A stretch of 64,000 bases of DNA from a virus. Lineage: Duplodnaviria; Caudoviricetes. The notes under the pieces were generated by a model. The model made no database searches and had not been told where the DNA came from. It saw only the letters and a list, made by a program, of their open reading frames with translations. Within the stretch, counting starts at the first letter, position 1. Every line of letters begins with the position of its first letter. Shown piece after piece: positions 24,412-34,300 of the stretch. Made by a program: the position numbers and the translations under genes. The stretch covers positions 64,001 through 128,000 of IMG/VR virus record IMGVR_UViG_3300023218_000040; one strand, 5' to 3'.

Positions 24412-27185
24412 TGGTAAACATTCAATTTAAGTTGGAATCTCGACTTAACTCCGTTCAGGATATAGATCGACAGCTTGATACACTTGTAAAGCAAGGATCT
24501 GTAGCCGAAGCCAGAGCGTTGCTAGCTCAACTTGGTCCGGATGTCGTTCGTCAGTTCAACAGCGGAACTCAGGGGGCACTATCGGTACTAAATGGACCGT
24601 TGTCGAATGTGTCCTCGGAGATACGAGGCGTACTAGCTAGGCAAGCAAACACATTGTTGTCTAATACTACTGTATCGGCACTGAATGCCATTCGGCAGAA
24701 GACCAATCTCGGGAATTTTAACCTAGCGTCACCGAACGATCTTGCCACTCGGATTCTGGGTAAGGAAGACAACCGATTGACTACTTCTCAGCCGCAGCGT
24801 GAACAGCAGTCAGGAACTGCCAATCGTTCATCTGCTGACAACATTCCCATTCGGGATAATGCACCATTGGATGTAGAACCTCTTGAGAATACGGGTATTT
24901 CAGAAAACGTATTGAACGACTATATTAATCTTCAGTATCATATCACATTGTCTTTAGTTCCATATGGAAAGCTATCCGGTATCCAAACTGAGATACCTAT
25001 TGCTCCTAGCGAACGAGGACAGCCTGGGGCAGATACTCTTCGTCGTTTGATTGAAAACGATGGATCTGTAGTATTTGCTTCTACTGGTGAAATTAGCCAA
25101 ACTGCTGCGGTCATCCTTACTGCCGAAGAGCAATTCAGTCGTGAGGAATTAGCAGAAATCGAAACATCGTCTTTTGGGGATGAAGAAGAAATCGGGGACC
25201 GTTTGGTTGATACGACCGGTAAGAATTACTACAACATTAAAAGCGTTAAGTTCGACACGGTGATGTCACCAAGCAAAGAGAACCCATACATGAATCAGAT
25301 GTTGGGTATCAAAATGATTTTGATTGAGCCTCATGGCTTTAAGTTGTATGAAGATATTCGTCGTTTGGCTGATGAGCTTGGATATCGTGGAATGACAGCA
25401 GCACGAGTAGTGTGGCGGGTGGACATCGGTTTTTCTGGCTACAACCAAGATACCGGAGAGTGGGTAGAAAGAATTGACCTTGATACTCGTTCACCAAGGC
25501 AAACACAAACGCTAACGTATTACCAGAACATTTCCAAGATGCAAGCTAAGGTTGACCACACTGGGACAACATACGATATTGATATGGTTCCTTCAGGGCA
25601 CATTGCATATCGACCAGAGGAAATGACCCTAAAAGCCAAGTCTATTTTCGCTGGAGCAGAAGGTAGTAATGTCGCCAAGGTTGGAACGTTCGGCGGTTTT
25701 CTAAAGAAGCTTGAGACTGCTATGAAGGAGGCTAAGGATCAAAGAACGCATAAGCAGATCAAACGTGAATACAAGTTTTTCGCTCCTACGGCATTGCTAG
25801 AGGCTAAGTTTTTCGAGGACAACTTCGCTAGTAGGCACGGTTTCATTGGCAACAATCCTGATAAGGGTCAGGTTATTAGCGGTGGTCGTGATATCAACGT
25901 AATCAATTTGGTGGAGACTGCATTGAATGATTTGGAATTGGTGTGGGATAGGTTCTTGGCAGACCAAGATCCATCGTTTGAAAAGCCACGCATTCATTGG
26001 GGCATTCGATTCAACACACGTTATGTGAATAGTGCTAACTCCAGAATTTACGATGTAGACACGATTGTGTTGGAATACATTATCGAGCCATATGCAACAT
26101 ACAAGAAAGCAAGCATAGAAAACATTATCGATGCTCGTGCTCTAGTAGATCCGGCTGCACAGCTACGCAGACTAGAAGAAATGCTACGCTTGGGAATGGT
26201 TAACCGTGTGTATGACTATATTCACACTTCGGAAAATACCGAAGTGATTGATTTTGATGTTACGTTGAAGAACTTCTACTACCATTCGCTATTCACTTAC
26301 CCGGATAACCCGACTCGTGCTGGTAGTCAAACTACTACTGATGCTAGTAGTACAGGTGGTAAAAGAAAGCAAGAGGCTTTCACTGGAGATAGAACAGGTA
26401 TCGAGGACACCATTTCTGTAACTAACCGACGACAGGAAATCAATACCGAGTCTGCGTTACAAAGACTGTTTGGTTCTGGAATTGACAATGCTCCAGCCAG
26501 TTGCTTTATTAATCAGAATTCCAATCCATACGATATTCTAGCGGGTGGTTTTAACGAATTTCCACAGGACGATTACTATGGTGCTATTGCTTCATCTGCC
26601 AATCAGAAGAAGAACAAGTACCATTTGCAATTGAATGATCATCTTAGAAACGACTTGCTTCGAATCGACAATCTACAGGTTCGTGGAGATCCTATCTGGC
26701 TATTGACTCCGTATGGAGTTGAGAGTGGAAACACATTGGCCACACAGAAAGCAGCAAAGGATGGAACGAATCGAATCGGTATTGTCCAGACTCAAGCAAG
26801 CAGGCTGATCTACCTGCGTTTGTTTGCTCCTGATCAAGTGGATTACATGAACCCCGACCGAGAGTTTGCCTCGTCTTCATGTAACGTTATTGGTGGTTTC
26901 TACGAAGTTTTCCGAGTAACTAGTACGTTTGAGGGTGGTAAGTTCACGCAAACGATTACTGGTGCCAAAATCAACCACTTGAACTTTATCGAAAATTTCA
27001 TTTCAGTAGCACGTGATGAGGTTAGAAACGGAAACGGTCGAGTCCCCCCAGTTTCTAACGAAAGGGTAACACAGAATCCTCCTAATGCTCAGCCACCGAA
27101 GCCGGTTGATTTGACTGGAAACGAACTAACTACTAACCAACAAAATACACTTTCAACACAGCAATTCTTTGTTGGCGGGAATTAA
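24411..27185 (+). CDS. Baseplate hub protein (gp27-like) with N-terminal extension
   Basis: Lies between gp53-like and gp5-like genes; C-terminal VRGDP.WL and GFYEVFRVTSTFEGGKFTQTI. Confidence 0.65.
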   Translation: MVNIQFKLESRLNSVQDIDRQLDTLVKQGSVAEARALLAQLGPDVVRQFNSGTQGALSVLNGPLSNVSSEIRGVLARQANTLLSNTTVSALNAIRQKTNLGNFNLASPNDLATRILGKEDNRLTTSQPQREQQSGTANRSSADNIPIRDNAPLDVEPLENTGISENVLNDYINLQYHITLSLVPYGKLSGIQTEIPIAPSERGQPGADTLRRLIENDGSVVFASTGEISQTAAVILTAEEQFSREELAEIETSSFGDEEEIGDRLVDTTGKNYYNIKSVKFDTVMSPSKENPYMNQMLGIKMILIEPHGFKLYEDIRRLADELGYRGMTAARVVWRVDIGFSGYNQDTGEWVERIDLDTRSPRQTQTLTYYQNISKMQAKVDHTGTTYDIDMVPSGHIAYRPEEMTLKAKSIFAGAEGSNVAKVGTFGGFLKKLETAMKEAKDQRTHKQIKREYKFFAPTALLEAKFFEDNFASRHGFIGNNPDKGQVISGGRDINVINLVETALNDLELVWDRFLADQDPSFEKPRIHWGIRFNTRYVNSANSRIYDVDTIVLEYIIEPYATYKKASIENIIDARALVDPAAQLRRLEEMLRLGMVNRVYDYIHTSENTEVIDFDVTLKNFYYHSLFTYPDNPTRAGSQTTTDASSTGGKRKQEAFTGDRTGIEDTISVTNRRQEINTESALQRLFGSGIDNAPASCFINQNSNPYDILAGGFNEFPQDDYYGAIASSANQKKNKYHLQLNDHLRNDLLRIDNLQVRGDPIWLLTPYGVESGNTLATQKAAKDGTNRIGIVQTQASRLIYLRLFAPDQVDYMNPDREFASSSCNVIGGFYEVFRVTSTFEGGKFTQTITGAKINHLNFIENFISVARDEVRNGNGRVPPVSNERVTQNPPNAQPPKPVDLTGNELTTNQQNTLSTQQFFVGGN

Positions 27186-27186
27186 C

Positions 27187-29868
27187 ATGACAGCTAGACC
27201 ATATATTAACGGAATAGTGAATGCGGCTAATGCTGAGCAGGCATCTGGACGGGGCGTACCCAACATCCAGCATCAGCTTGGACTGTTTCATATCGGCCTT
27301 GTAATGGATGATTTTGATGAACAACGATTGGGGCAGGTATGGGTGTATCTCCCTGGTATCTCTGCACGTCGATTCTCCGAGGATGATCGTAGTTTGCCGC
27401 TATACGGTGGAACGGTTCCAGACAGAGACCGGGAAGGTGCTGTTCTTCGGTGGGACCAAAAGCTAAGACTAGGATGGCTTCGATGCGCTCCAATGTTTCC
27501 GTTCTTTGGTGGTGACGATTTTCGTGTCCAGAGAAGTTCAGATGGTGACATTCGAAATGCCACAAAGGGTGACGTGCAAAGCTATGGTTTCTGGGCACAA
27601 CCACGTATCGGAGACTATGTTGGTGTGCTATTTGCCAATGGTGATCCGCAGAGCGGATATTGGATTGGTATGCCACCCAAATACAATCGTAATTTCATGG
27701 TTCCAGGAAATCCGGGAAGGTTACCAGAAGAACTTGATGGCAAGACCGACACCGATGGTGGTGCCGTTCACAAACTTACCCGACAAATCAAGGAAGAAGC
27801 TTTACAAGTAGAGGGAGATGCTTTAGTACCATCTTTGGACAAGGCACGGCGCATCAATGTCAGTGTGCCACGTCCAGCAGGTTCTCCTGTTACTCAGACA
27901 CAGGACGACACTAGAGCGCCACCAGTTGAAGTAGAGCTTACCAATGTTCTTGCATCAACGGAGTTTGCATTTAACACCCAAAGTGCAGGACTTTTGTGTG
28001 ACCCGCTTCGTGGTGCTGGAAACTCCTCCGCTCGCAGAGAAAGCCCGTCATATATTGTGGGCTTCAAATCCCCAGGCTGGAATTTCGATAGCGAGAAGAA
28101 GAACCTCAACACTGGTAATGGATCTACCACTCGATTTCAAGACGAAGCTTCGGTATCTCGGTATCAGGCTGTGGCTACTGCTGGACATCAGTTTGTCATG
28201 GATGATCATCCCGATTTTCAGGGCGTCCGTATGCGTACGTCTAAAGGACATCAGATATATCTGAATGATAGCTGTGATGATCCCTTCATCTACATTTCCA
28301 CATCGCAGGGTAAGGTGTGGATTGAGCTAGGAGACAGTGGCAAGGTCAACATTTTCGCTGAGAACTCGGTGTCTGTTCACTCCCGAAAGGATATCAATCT
28401 GACTGCTGATCGAGATTTGAACATTGACGTTCAGCAAGACTTCAAGCTGATGGTTCGTGGTGACACTGAAATGGCACTGAAGGGCCGTGTTGACATTGAG
28501 ACAGGTCGTAATAACAGAACACAAGATGGATTAAACTTTGAGTCTCGTGGTGACATTGGAACGGGTGCTAGAAAGGATTTGTTCATTCACAACTATGGGA
28601 ATGTGGACTGGACAGTCGATGATCACTTGGATATGACTATTGGTAATGTCGCCGGTTTGACTGGCGGTATGGATGTGTTGGTAAAGAAAGGTGACCTTGA
28701 TGTTCAAGCCGAAACTGATGTGGATGTATTGGCTGGAAACACGATGACGCTGGAAACTACCAGCGGTCGCCTTGATGTGCGATCTGGTAGCACGATGCAC
28801 CACACGTCTGCAAGCCAGATGAATCTTCGTACAGAGGGCGGTAACATTCATCAGACTGCTGCTAGCCAAATTCATCTTAACAGCCCTGGAAATCAAGCAG
28901 TTTCGGCAGACACTGCTACTCCTGCTGATGAAGCGACGAAGCCAACCATTCGCCAGTTGATTCAAGTTCCAATTGCTCCAACCGAAGAAGAGATTAAGTT
29001 TTGTCGTCGAACCAGTGACACTCACAACACATTGGATGAAGCCATTGTTCCTCAGCACCAGCCATGGCCAGAAGCATGTACCACCATACTCGGGTTTAAT
29101 GCCTCTGGCGACGAGGGAGAAGTGGTATCACGTTCCGGTGCCGCAAGACCAGAGGCTAGCCATCCGCTACCAAAGGTGCAGAAGGATGGCGTGTTTAATG
29201 CTCAGCAGTACAACTCCAACAACCAGGAAGAGGCTCCAGTATACGAGAAGATATTCGATCCGGACCCTGGTACATTTAACGTATGTTCGTCGTATACCAC
29301 ATCACAACGAATGATCGACTTCTTGAAGAAGGAAGAGGGTTCAAGGAGCAAGGCATACCGAGATGCTGGTAAGTGGGCTATTGGATTTGGTCATCAGATC
29401 AATGTAGGAGATACAATCTTTGGTGACACTATCAATGGTAGAGTAACACAGGAAGACATCGCTCGATTGAACAGAACCAACGGTTCTTTGACTATTAGTG
29501 AGGAAGAGAAGGAACGACTTCTTAGGGAAGATTTGGCCGAGTTCGAAGAGGCTGTTTGCCGAATCGTTACAACCGAGATTACTCAGTCTCAATTTGATGC
29601 CCTGGTGTCTTTTACTTACAACACAGGACCAGGAAACCTATCCAGGCTTGTCAAAACAAGTAATTTAAACAGTGGTGATTTCACTAATGTTCCACAGGCG
29701 TGGATGAGATATCATCTTTGTACCAGATGCCCACCAAACAGGCGTGCGATTATAGAGGGGGTTCTACGAGGTCGCCGCCAGCGAGAGCTTGAACAGTTCT
29801 TCGCTTACAGCGGCGACCCCGTTGAACCGAGGACTGGACAGAAGTCCATTGTGGATGCACTCGTTTAA
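27187..29868 (+). CDS. gp5: gp5-like central spike: OB-fold, beta-helix repeats, C-terminal phage lysozyme
   Basis: QPRIGDYVGVLFANGDP; GHQFVMDD, RMRTSKGHQIYLND; KEEG...AYRD.G.WAIGFGH, ITQSQFDALVSFTYN. Confidence 0.85.
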   Translation: MTARPYINGIVNAANAEQASGRGVPNIQHQLGLFHIGLVMDDFDEQRLGQVWVYLPGISARRFSEDDRSLPLYGGTVPDRDREGAVLRWDQKLRLGWLRCAPMFPFFGGDDFRVQRSSDGDIRNATKGDVQSYGFWAQPRIGDYVGVLFANGDPQSGYWIGMPPKYNRNFMVPGNPGRLPEELDGKTDTDGGAVHKLTRQIKEEALQVEGDALVPSLDKARRINVSVPRPAGSPVTQTQDDTRAPPVEVELTNVLASTEFAFNTQSAGLLCDPLRGAGNSSARRESPSYIVGFKSPGWNFDSEKKNLNTGNGSTTRFQDEASVSRYQAVATAGHQFVMDDHPDFQGVRMRTSKGHQIYLNDSCDDPFIYISTSQGKVWIELGDSGKVNIFAENSVSVHSRKDINLTADRDLNIDVQQDFKLMVRGDTEMALKGRVDIETGRNNRTQDGLNFESRGDIGTGARKDLFIHNYGNVDWTVDDHLDMTIGNVAGLTGGMDVLVKKGDLDVQAETDVDVLAGNTMTLETTSGRLDVRSGSTMHHTSASQMNLRTEGGNIHQTAASQIHLNSPGNQAVSADTATPADEATKPTIRQLIQVPIAPTEEEIKFCRRTSDTHNTLDEAIVPQHQPWPEACTTILGFNASGDEGEVVSRSGAARPEASHPLPKVQKDGVFNAQQYNSNNQEEAPVYEKIFDPDPGTFNVCSSYTTSQRMIDFLKKEEGSRSKAYRDAGKWAIGFGHQINVGDTIFGDTINGRVTQEDIARLNRTNGSLTISEEEKERLLREDLAEFEEAVCRIVTTEITQSQFDALVSFTYNTGPGNLSRLVKTSNLNSGDFTNVPQAWMRYHLCTRCPPNRRAIIEGVLRGRRQRELEQFFAYSGDPVEPRTGQKSIVDALV

Positions 29869-30770
29869 GAAACGAAGAGATCCGTAGGATCGATACCCAT
29901 TTCATCGGCAATGCGGTGTACCTCTTTGTACACTTTGTCGCTTGCCTTGTTGCGTAGCTGACGAACACGTTCCTTCGAGATCTCCAGTTCATTACCCAGA
30001 GTTTCAAGGGTTTGCTGACCATCTTCTTTCTCGGTTAGAACCTGCGAGATAAAGATACGGCGTTCACGATCTGTGAGCACGTTCTTCATTGCCTCGTTGA
30101 CAATCGTTTTCTGGAACGTTACAACGTCGTCATCGATTACCACTGCCATAGAACCACTATCAGTATTCAACTCAGCGATGGTGTCCTCACGGGTTAAGCT
30201 GTCATCATCAGGGTTTGTGATAGGATCGTTCAGGGACTCGTGGGGACGCTGGAACATATCGTACATTTGCTGTACTTCCGTGATGGACACCTTGTGCTCC
30301 TCAGCGAGTTCCTGAGCTACCTTCGTGGTCAGCTTGAACTGACCAGTACGCATCATCTCGATGGCAATCCTCTTTCGTAATGCGTAGAATAGTCGCTTCT
30401 TGGTGTGGTTGGTACAAACATGCATCAGGAAATAGTTTTTGGTGATGTACCCCTGCATCATACCTTTGACGCACACCTTGGCATAGGTTGCGAAACGAAC
30501 CCCCGCTCCCAGGTCGAACCTTTCAGCGGCCTCAATGAGCGCAACCATACCCTCGGACAGCATTTCATCGGTTGGCATCTGGTAGCCCGAAAGCTCCTTG
30601 ATAGCTCGCCAAATGATTGGCCCGTAGTGGATGACGATTTTCGTCAGGTAAGTTTCGTTGTCTCCGGTCTCTCGCCACTTTTCGAATAGCTCTCGCTCTT
30701 CGTCAGCGGACAAGAGGGTTCGATATTGCTTGACAAAAATCTTTGCATCGTTTGATATTACTTCTTTCAT
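29865..30770 (-). CDS. rpoH: RpoH (sigma32)-like sigma70-family factor
   Basis: LLSADEEREL, EGMVALIEAAERFD....VRFATYA, RpoH-box-like TNHTKKRLFYALRK, region 4 TLETLGNELEISKERVRQL. Confidence 0.88.
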   Translation of the reverse strand: MKEVISNDAKIFVKQYRTLLSADEERELFEKWRETGDNETYLTKIVIHYGPIIWRAIKELSGYQMPTDEMLSEGMVALIEAAERFDLGAGVRFATYAKVCVKGMMQGYITKNYFLMHVCTNHTKKRLFYALRKRIAIEMMRTGQFKLTTKVAQELAEEHKVSITEVQQMYDMFQRPHESLNDPITNPDDDSLTREDTIAELNTDSGSMAVVIDDDVVTFQKTIVNEAMKNVLTDRERRIFISQVLTEKEDGQQTLETLGNELEISKERVRQLRNKASDKVYKEVHRIADEMGIDPTDLFVS

Positions 30771-30813
30771 ACTAACCCCCAGACTCGTTTGTCTTTTGGC
30801 GGATAAATGGATG

Positions 30814-30820
30814 GTAAATA
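30814..30820 (+). promoter_or_regulatory. Late promoter motif GTAAATA for the gp25-gp6 genes
   Basis: 66 nt upstream of ATG 30887. Confidence 0.55.
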
Positions 30821-30848
30821 GTCTCTATGCCGTGAGGGCACAGAGACT
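30820..30848. repeat. Hairpin between the face-to-face promoters
   Basis: AGTCTCT-a-TGCC-gtgag-GGCA-c-AGAGACT. Confidence 0.7.
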
Positions 30849-30857
30849 GGCTGGTAT

Positions 30858-30886
30858 ATATAAGTCCACAGTAACAGGAAATCAAG
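30858..30886 (-). promoter_or_regulatory. RpoH-type promoter CTTGAT-N16-CTTATAT upstream of rpoH
   Basis: Direct motif match; the -35 abuts the gp25 ATG. Confidence 0.6.
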
Positions 30887-31303
30887 ATGGTTCAACCACT
30901 TTATAGAGGATTCTCGACCGTAGCTAATGGCACAGCCGCCCAGTTAATTGATGGAGAATTCACTAGCACGGAAGATGTTATTAACACTCGCCTCTTTGAT
31001 ATAGAACTAGTGAAGCAAGACCTATTGAACCACTTCTCGACCCGCTTGGGAGAAAGAGTGGCTAGGCCCACATTTGGTTCGATTATTCATGACCTCCTTT
31101 TTGATCTCATGGATGAACGTACAGAGGGTCTGGTTATTGCTGACGCAAATCGCATCTTCTCTGAAGATCCACGTGTTGTCCCACTGGATGTTTCAGTTGA
31201 CATTGAACCCGACCAGCACAAAATTACCCTAATGGCTACCTTGAGAGTAATCGAATTCGATATGACCACCAATCTTGAAGCAGTCTTTGAGGCCCGCAAC
31301 TAA
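30887..31303 (+). CDS. gp25: gp25-like baseplate wedge protein
   Basis: DIELVKQDLLNHFSTRLGERVARPTFGS.I.DLLFD...EDPRV. Confidence 0.88.
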   Translation: MVQPLYRGFSTVANGTAAQLIDGEFTSTEDVINTRLFDIELVKQDLLNHFSTRLGERVARPTFGSIIHDLLFDLMDERTEGLVIADANRIFSEDPRVVPLDVSVDIEPDQHKITLMATLRVIEFDMTTNLEAVFEARN

Positions 31304-34300
31304 TGGCAAATCTACAACGACAAAATACACTATTCGTCTCTGAAGACTGGATCCGTATCTACGAGGCTATTCAAAACGTAGAATTCCGAGCCTACGATTT
31401 CGATAACCTCACTGATGCTATTCTCAACCATCTTCGGGATGTTTTTCCTGAAGAATTCAACGACTGGATTGCGTCCTCAGAATTCATTATGAAAGTTGAG
31501 GTTCTAGCTTGGTTAAGCCAGAACATCAGCTTTAGAATTGACCTTAACACACGTGAGAACTTCTTGGCAACAGCCGAGCGCCGTGATTCTCTTATCCGCC
31601 TAGCCCAGAACGTTTCCTATAAAGTCTCCCGTGTACGTGGGGCCGCAGGACGTGTTCGCCTGGAAAGCGTTCGCACCAACCAGATTTTATTCGACAGTAA
31701 CAACATTGCTCTTCAGGATCGTGAGATAAACTGGAATGACCCTCGAAATGAAGATTGGTTTGAGCAGTTTATTACAGTGATGAATGCAGCTTTCTCGACC
31801 AGGACTCAGTTTGGTCGTCCTCTGATCAGGGTTCAGGATGGCAACAGTCGAACCGAGCAGTACGTATTCAACGGACAGGCTCCATCAAGTGGCGTATTTT
31901 CATTCAGCACTGCCGTCAATGGCATTGAGCTTCCGTTTGATATCATCAACTCTCGGGTGAACAAAACCACCGGGGAGTTCGAAGAGCTTAGCCCATCCGC
32001 CGATAATGCATTCAACGTGTTCTATCAGACCGATGGCCGAGGTCTAAGTTCAACAGGAACCGGCTTCTTCTTCCAGTTGAGGGAAGGTTCGCTTCAGTTC
32101 CAGGAAAGAGAGTTTGTAGACTCGGAGGCTGTGCGTATTGTAGATCTTGAGGTTCCTAATACTAACAACGATGATTTCTTTGTCCAAGAGCTTGACGCTC
32201 AGGGCAATATCGAAGATACGTGGCAGAAGGTAGACACTGTGTTCGGTGAGAGCGTGTCATTCCTTCCCACTGACAGAACAGACCTGATTGGTCGAAGCGG
32301 AAACCAGTCTGAAGGTGACGCTAGGAAGGTCTATGAGCTAGACACGCTGGAAAATGACAGAGTGCGTGTGCGATTTGGTGATGGTACATTCGGTGAAATT
32401 CCACTAGGCCGCTTACGCTTCTGGTTCCGTACCTCGAATCCAGAGCCCCAGGTTGTCACTCCAAGTGATGTAGGCCGTCAAAGCTTTACGCTCCCGTATG
32501 TGGTGAATGGAGTGGTCTTCTTCCTGACCATGACAGTTCAGTTGAGGGAAACAATCACAAACGCCGCATCATCCGAAACGAACTTCAGCATTCGAACTCG
32601 TGCTAATCAGGTCTACTTTGCACAAAACCGTATGATCACGGGTAGAGACTACAACGGTTTCTTCCTCCGTGACAACGCTATTCGTAAGGTCAAGACAGTC
32701 AATCGAACATTCTCCGGTCAATCACGATACGCCAAACTACATGATCCGACCGGCCTTTATGAAAACCTGAAGGTGACAGCCGAAGACGGTCGTCTGTACC
32801 AGGAGAGAACTAGGGGAGAACGGTTAGTTTCTGCTGACACGGATATCCTTCGTAACTCTTTGCTCATTCAGAATACACTTCAGCCGATTTTGAATGGTGC
32901 TGACAAAGAGCAATTGTATTTCAACGATTACCCAGAGACCTTCTTCACTCAAAATGTATTCTGGAATGAAACTTCTATTATATTGGAGCAATCCCGTGGT
33001 AACTTGGATGTAGCTAGTATACCGGTGAAGGTAGGCGAAGCTGGAACTGTTCCATTCGATTTTGTTCTTCAGGATTCGGTCTTGAGAATGAACAGCCCTC
33101 GTGGTTCAGTAGTGCGTGTAGAACGAATCATCGATGATGGTGACATCACCGATGGCATAATCCTTGAGAGGGTGATCCCGGATGGTGTCAAGGTAGTATC
33201 GGTATTTCCACCATTCCGAACCAGACTCACGGAAAGCGAAATAGTAGAGATCGAGCAACAGCTTGATCTTAACCTGGACTTCGGTTTGTCCTGGCACCAG
33301 GATACTCAGACCTGGGAAGTCATCACGTTTGACAATCTAGACAAGCAGGAAGACGGGGCGATGTTTTGTCTTGATTTCCAGGGTGACACGAGCGGTACAA
33401 ACAAGGACGCCTCGTGGATGGTACAATTCGAATTCGTTCCTGGTGGGGATGAAGAAGACCAGTGGTTGATTGTGGACCGTGGTTTGGGTCTATTCTTTGA
33501 GTCTGCTCGTGAAAATGATTTCTACTTTGCCAACACTGAGCCTGTTGTTGACCCGGAAACCGGCCGTGTAGAGAACGACCGAATTGTATTGATGGAGTGT
33601 AACGAGTCTCGTGACAGCTTGCGCCGACGTTGTATCTTCAACGTTGATTTATCTCGTCTTTTGGAATGCGATGTGTTCTGTTATGAGTTTGCCGGTGATG
33701 GAACAACAAGAATGTTTACCACTTCTGAGACCCCGCTAAGCCCAAGTTCGATTGTGATCGTGGATGGTGCTCTTCAGATCTTGGGAGCAGACTACATGAT
33801 TTCATTCAAAGTATCTGGTGACTCTATTGTGTTCACTAATCCACCAGCGGATGGAGCCAAAATCTTGGTTTGTATTTCAAGGAATGAAGCTTTGAAGAGC
33901 ACGGCAACGCAAGTCATTCAGTCTAGTACATTGACCGACACATTCGATCTTGGATATGACACGGTTCGTGACAGAAACGTTTTGCTATGGCAGGATGGTG
34001 TCATGCAGCGTTTGGGTTCCGACTATACAGTTGGTCCACATCCGATTACCGGTAACGCCTCTGTAATTCTGAACACTCCATTGGCCGGAAGCACTATCAC
34101 TGCTTATTTCTTGCCTGAAATTGGAAACAACGCATTGGACTCGTTTAATTACCTGGGTGATGGTGTTAGGACTGAGTACAATATCCCGGTTGGAGATCAG
34201 ACAACTGATAGCGTACTGATTAGCATTGACGGTGTAACTCAAGCCCCAAGCACATATTCCTTGAGTCCTCTTGATACTTCTACTACAACGATCACTTTCA

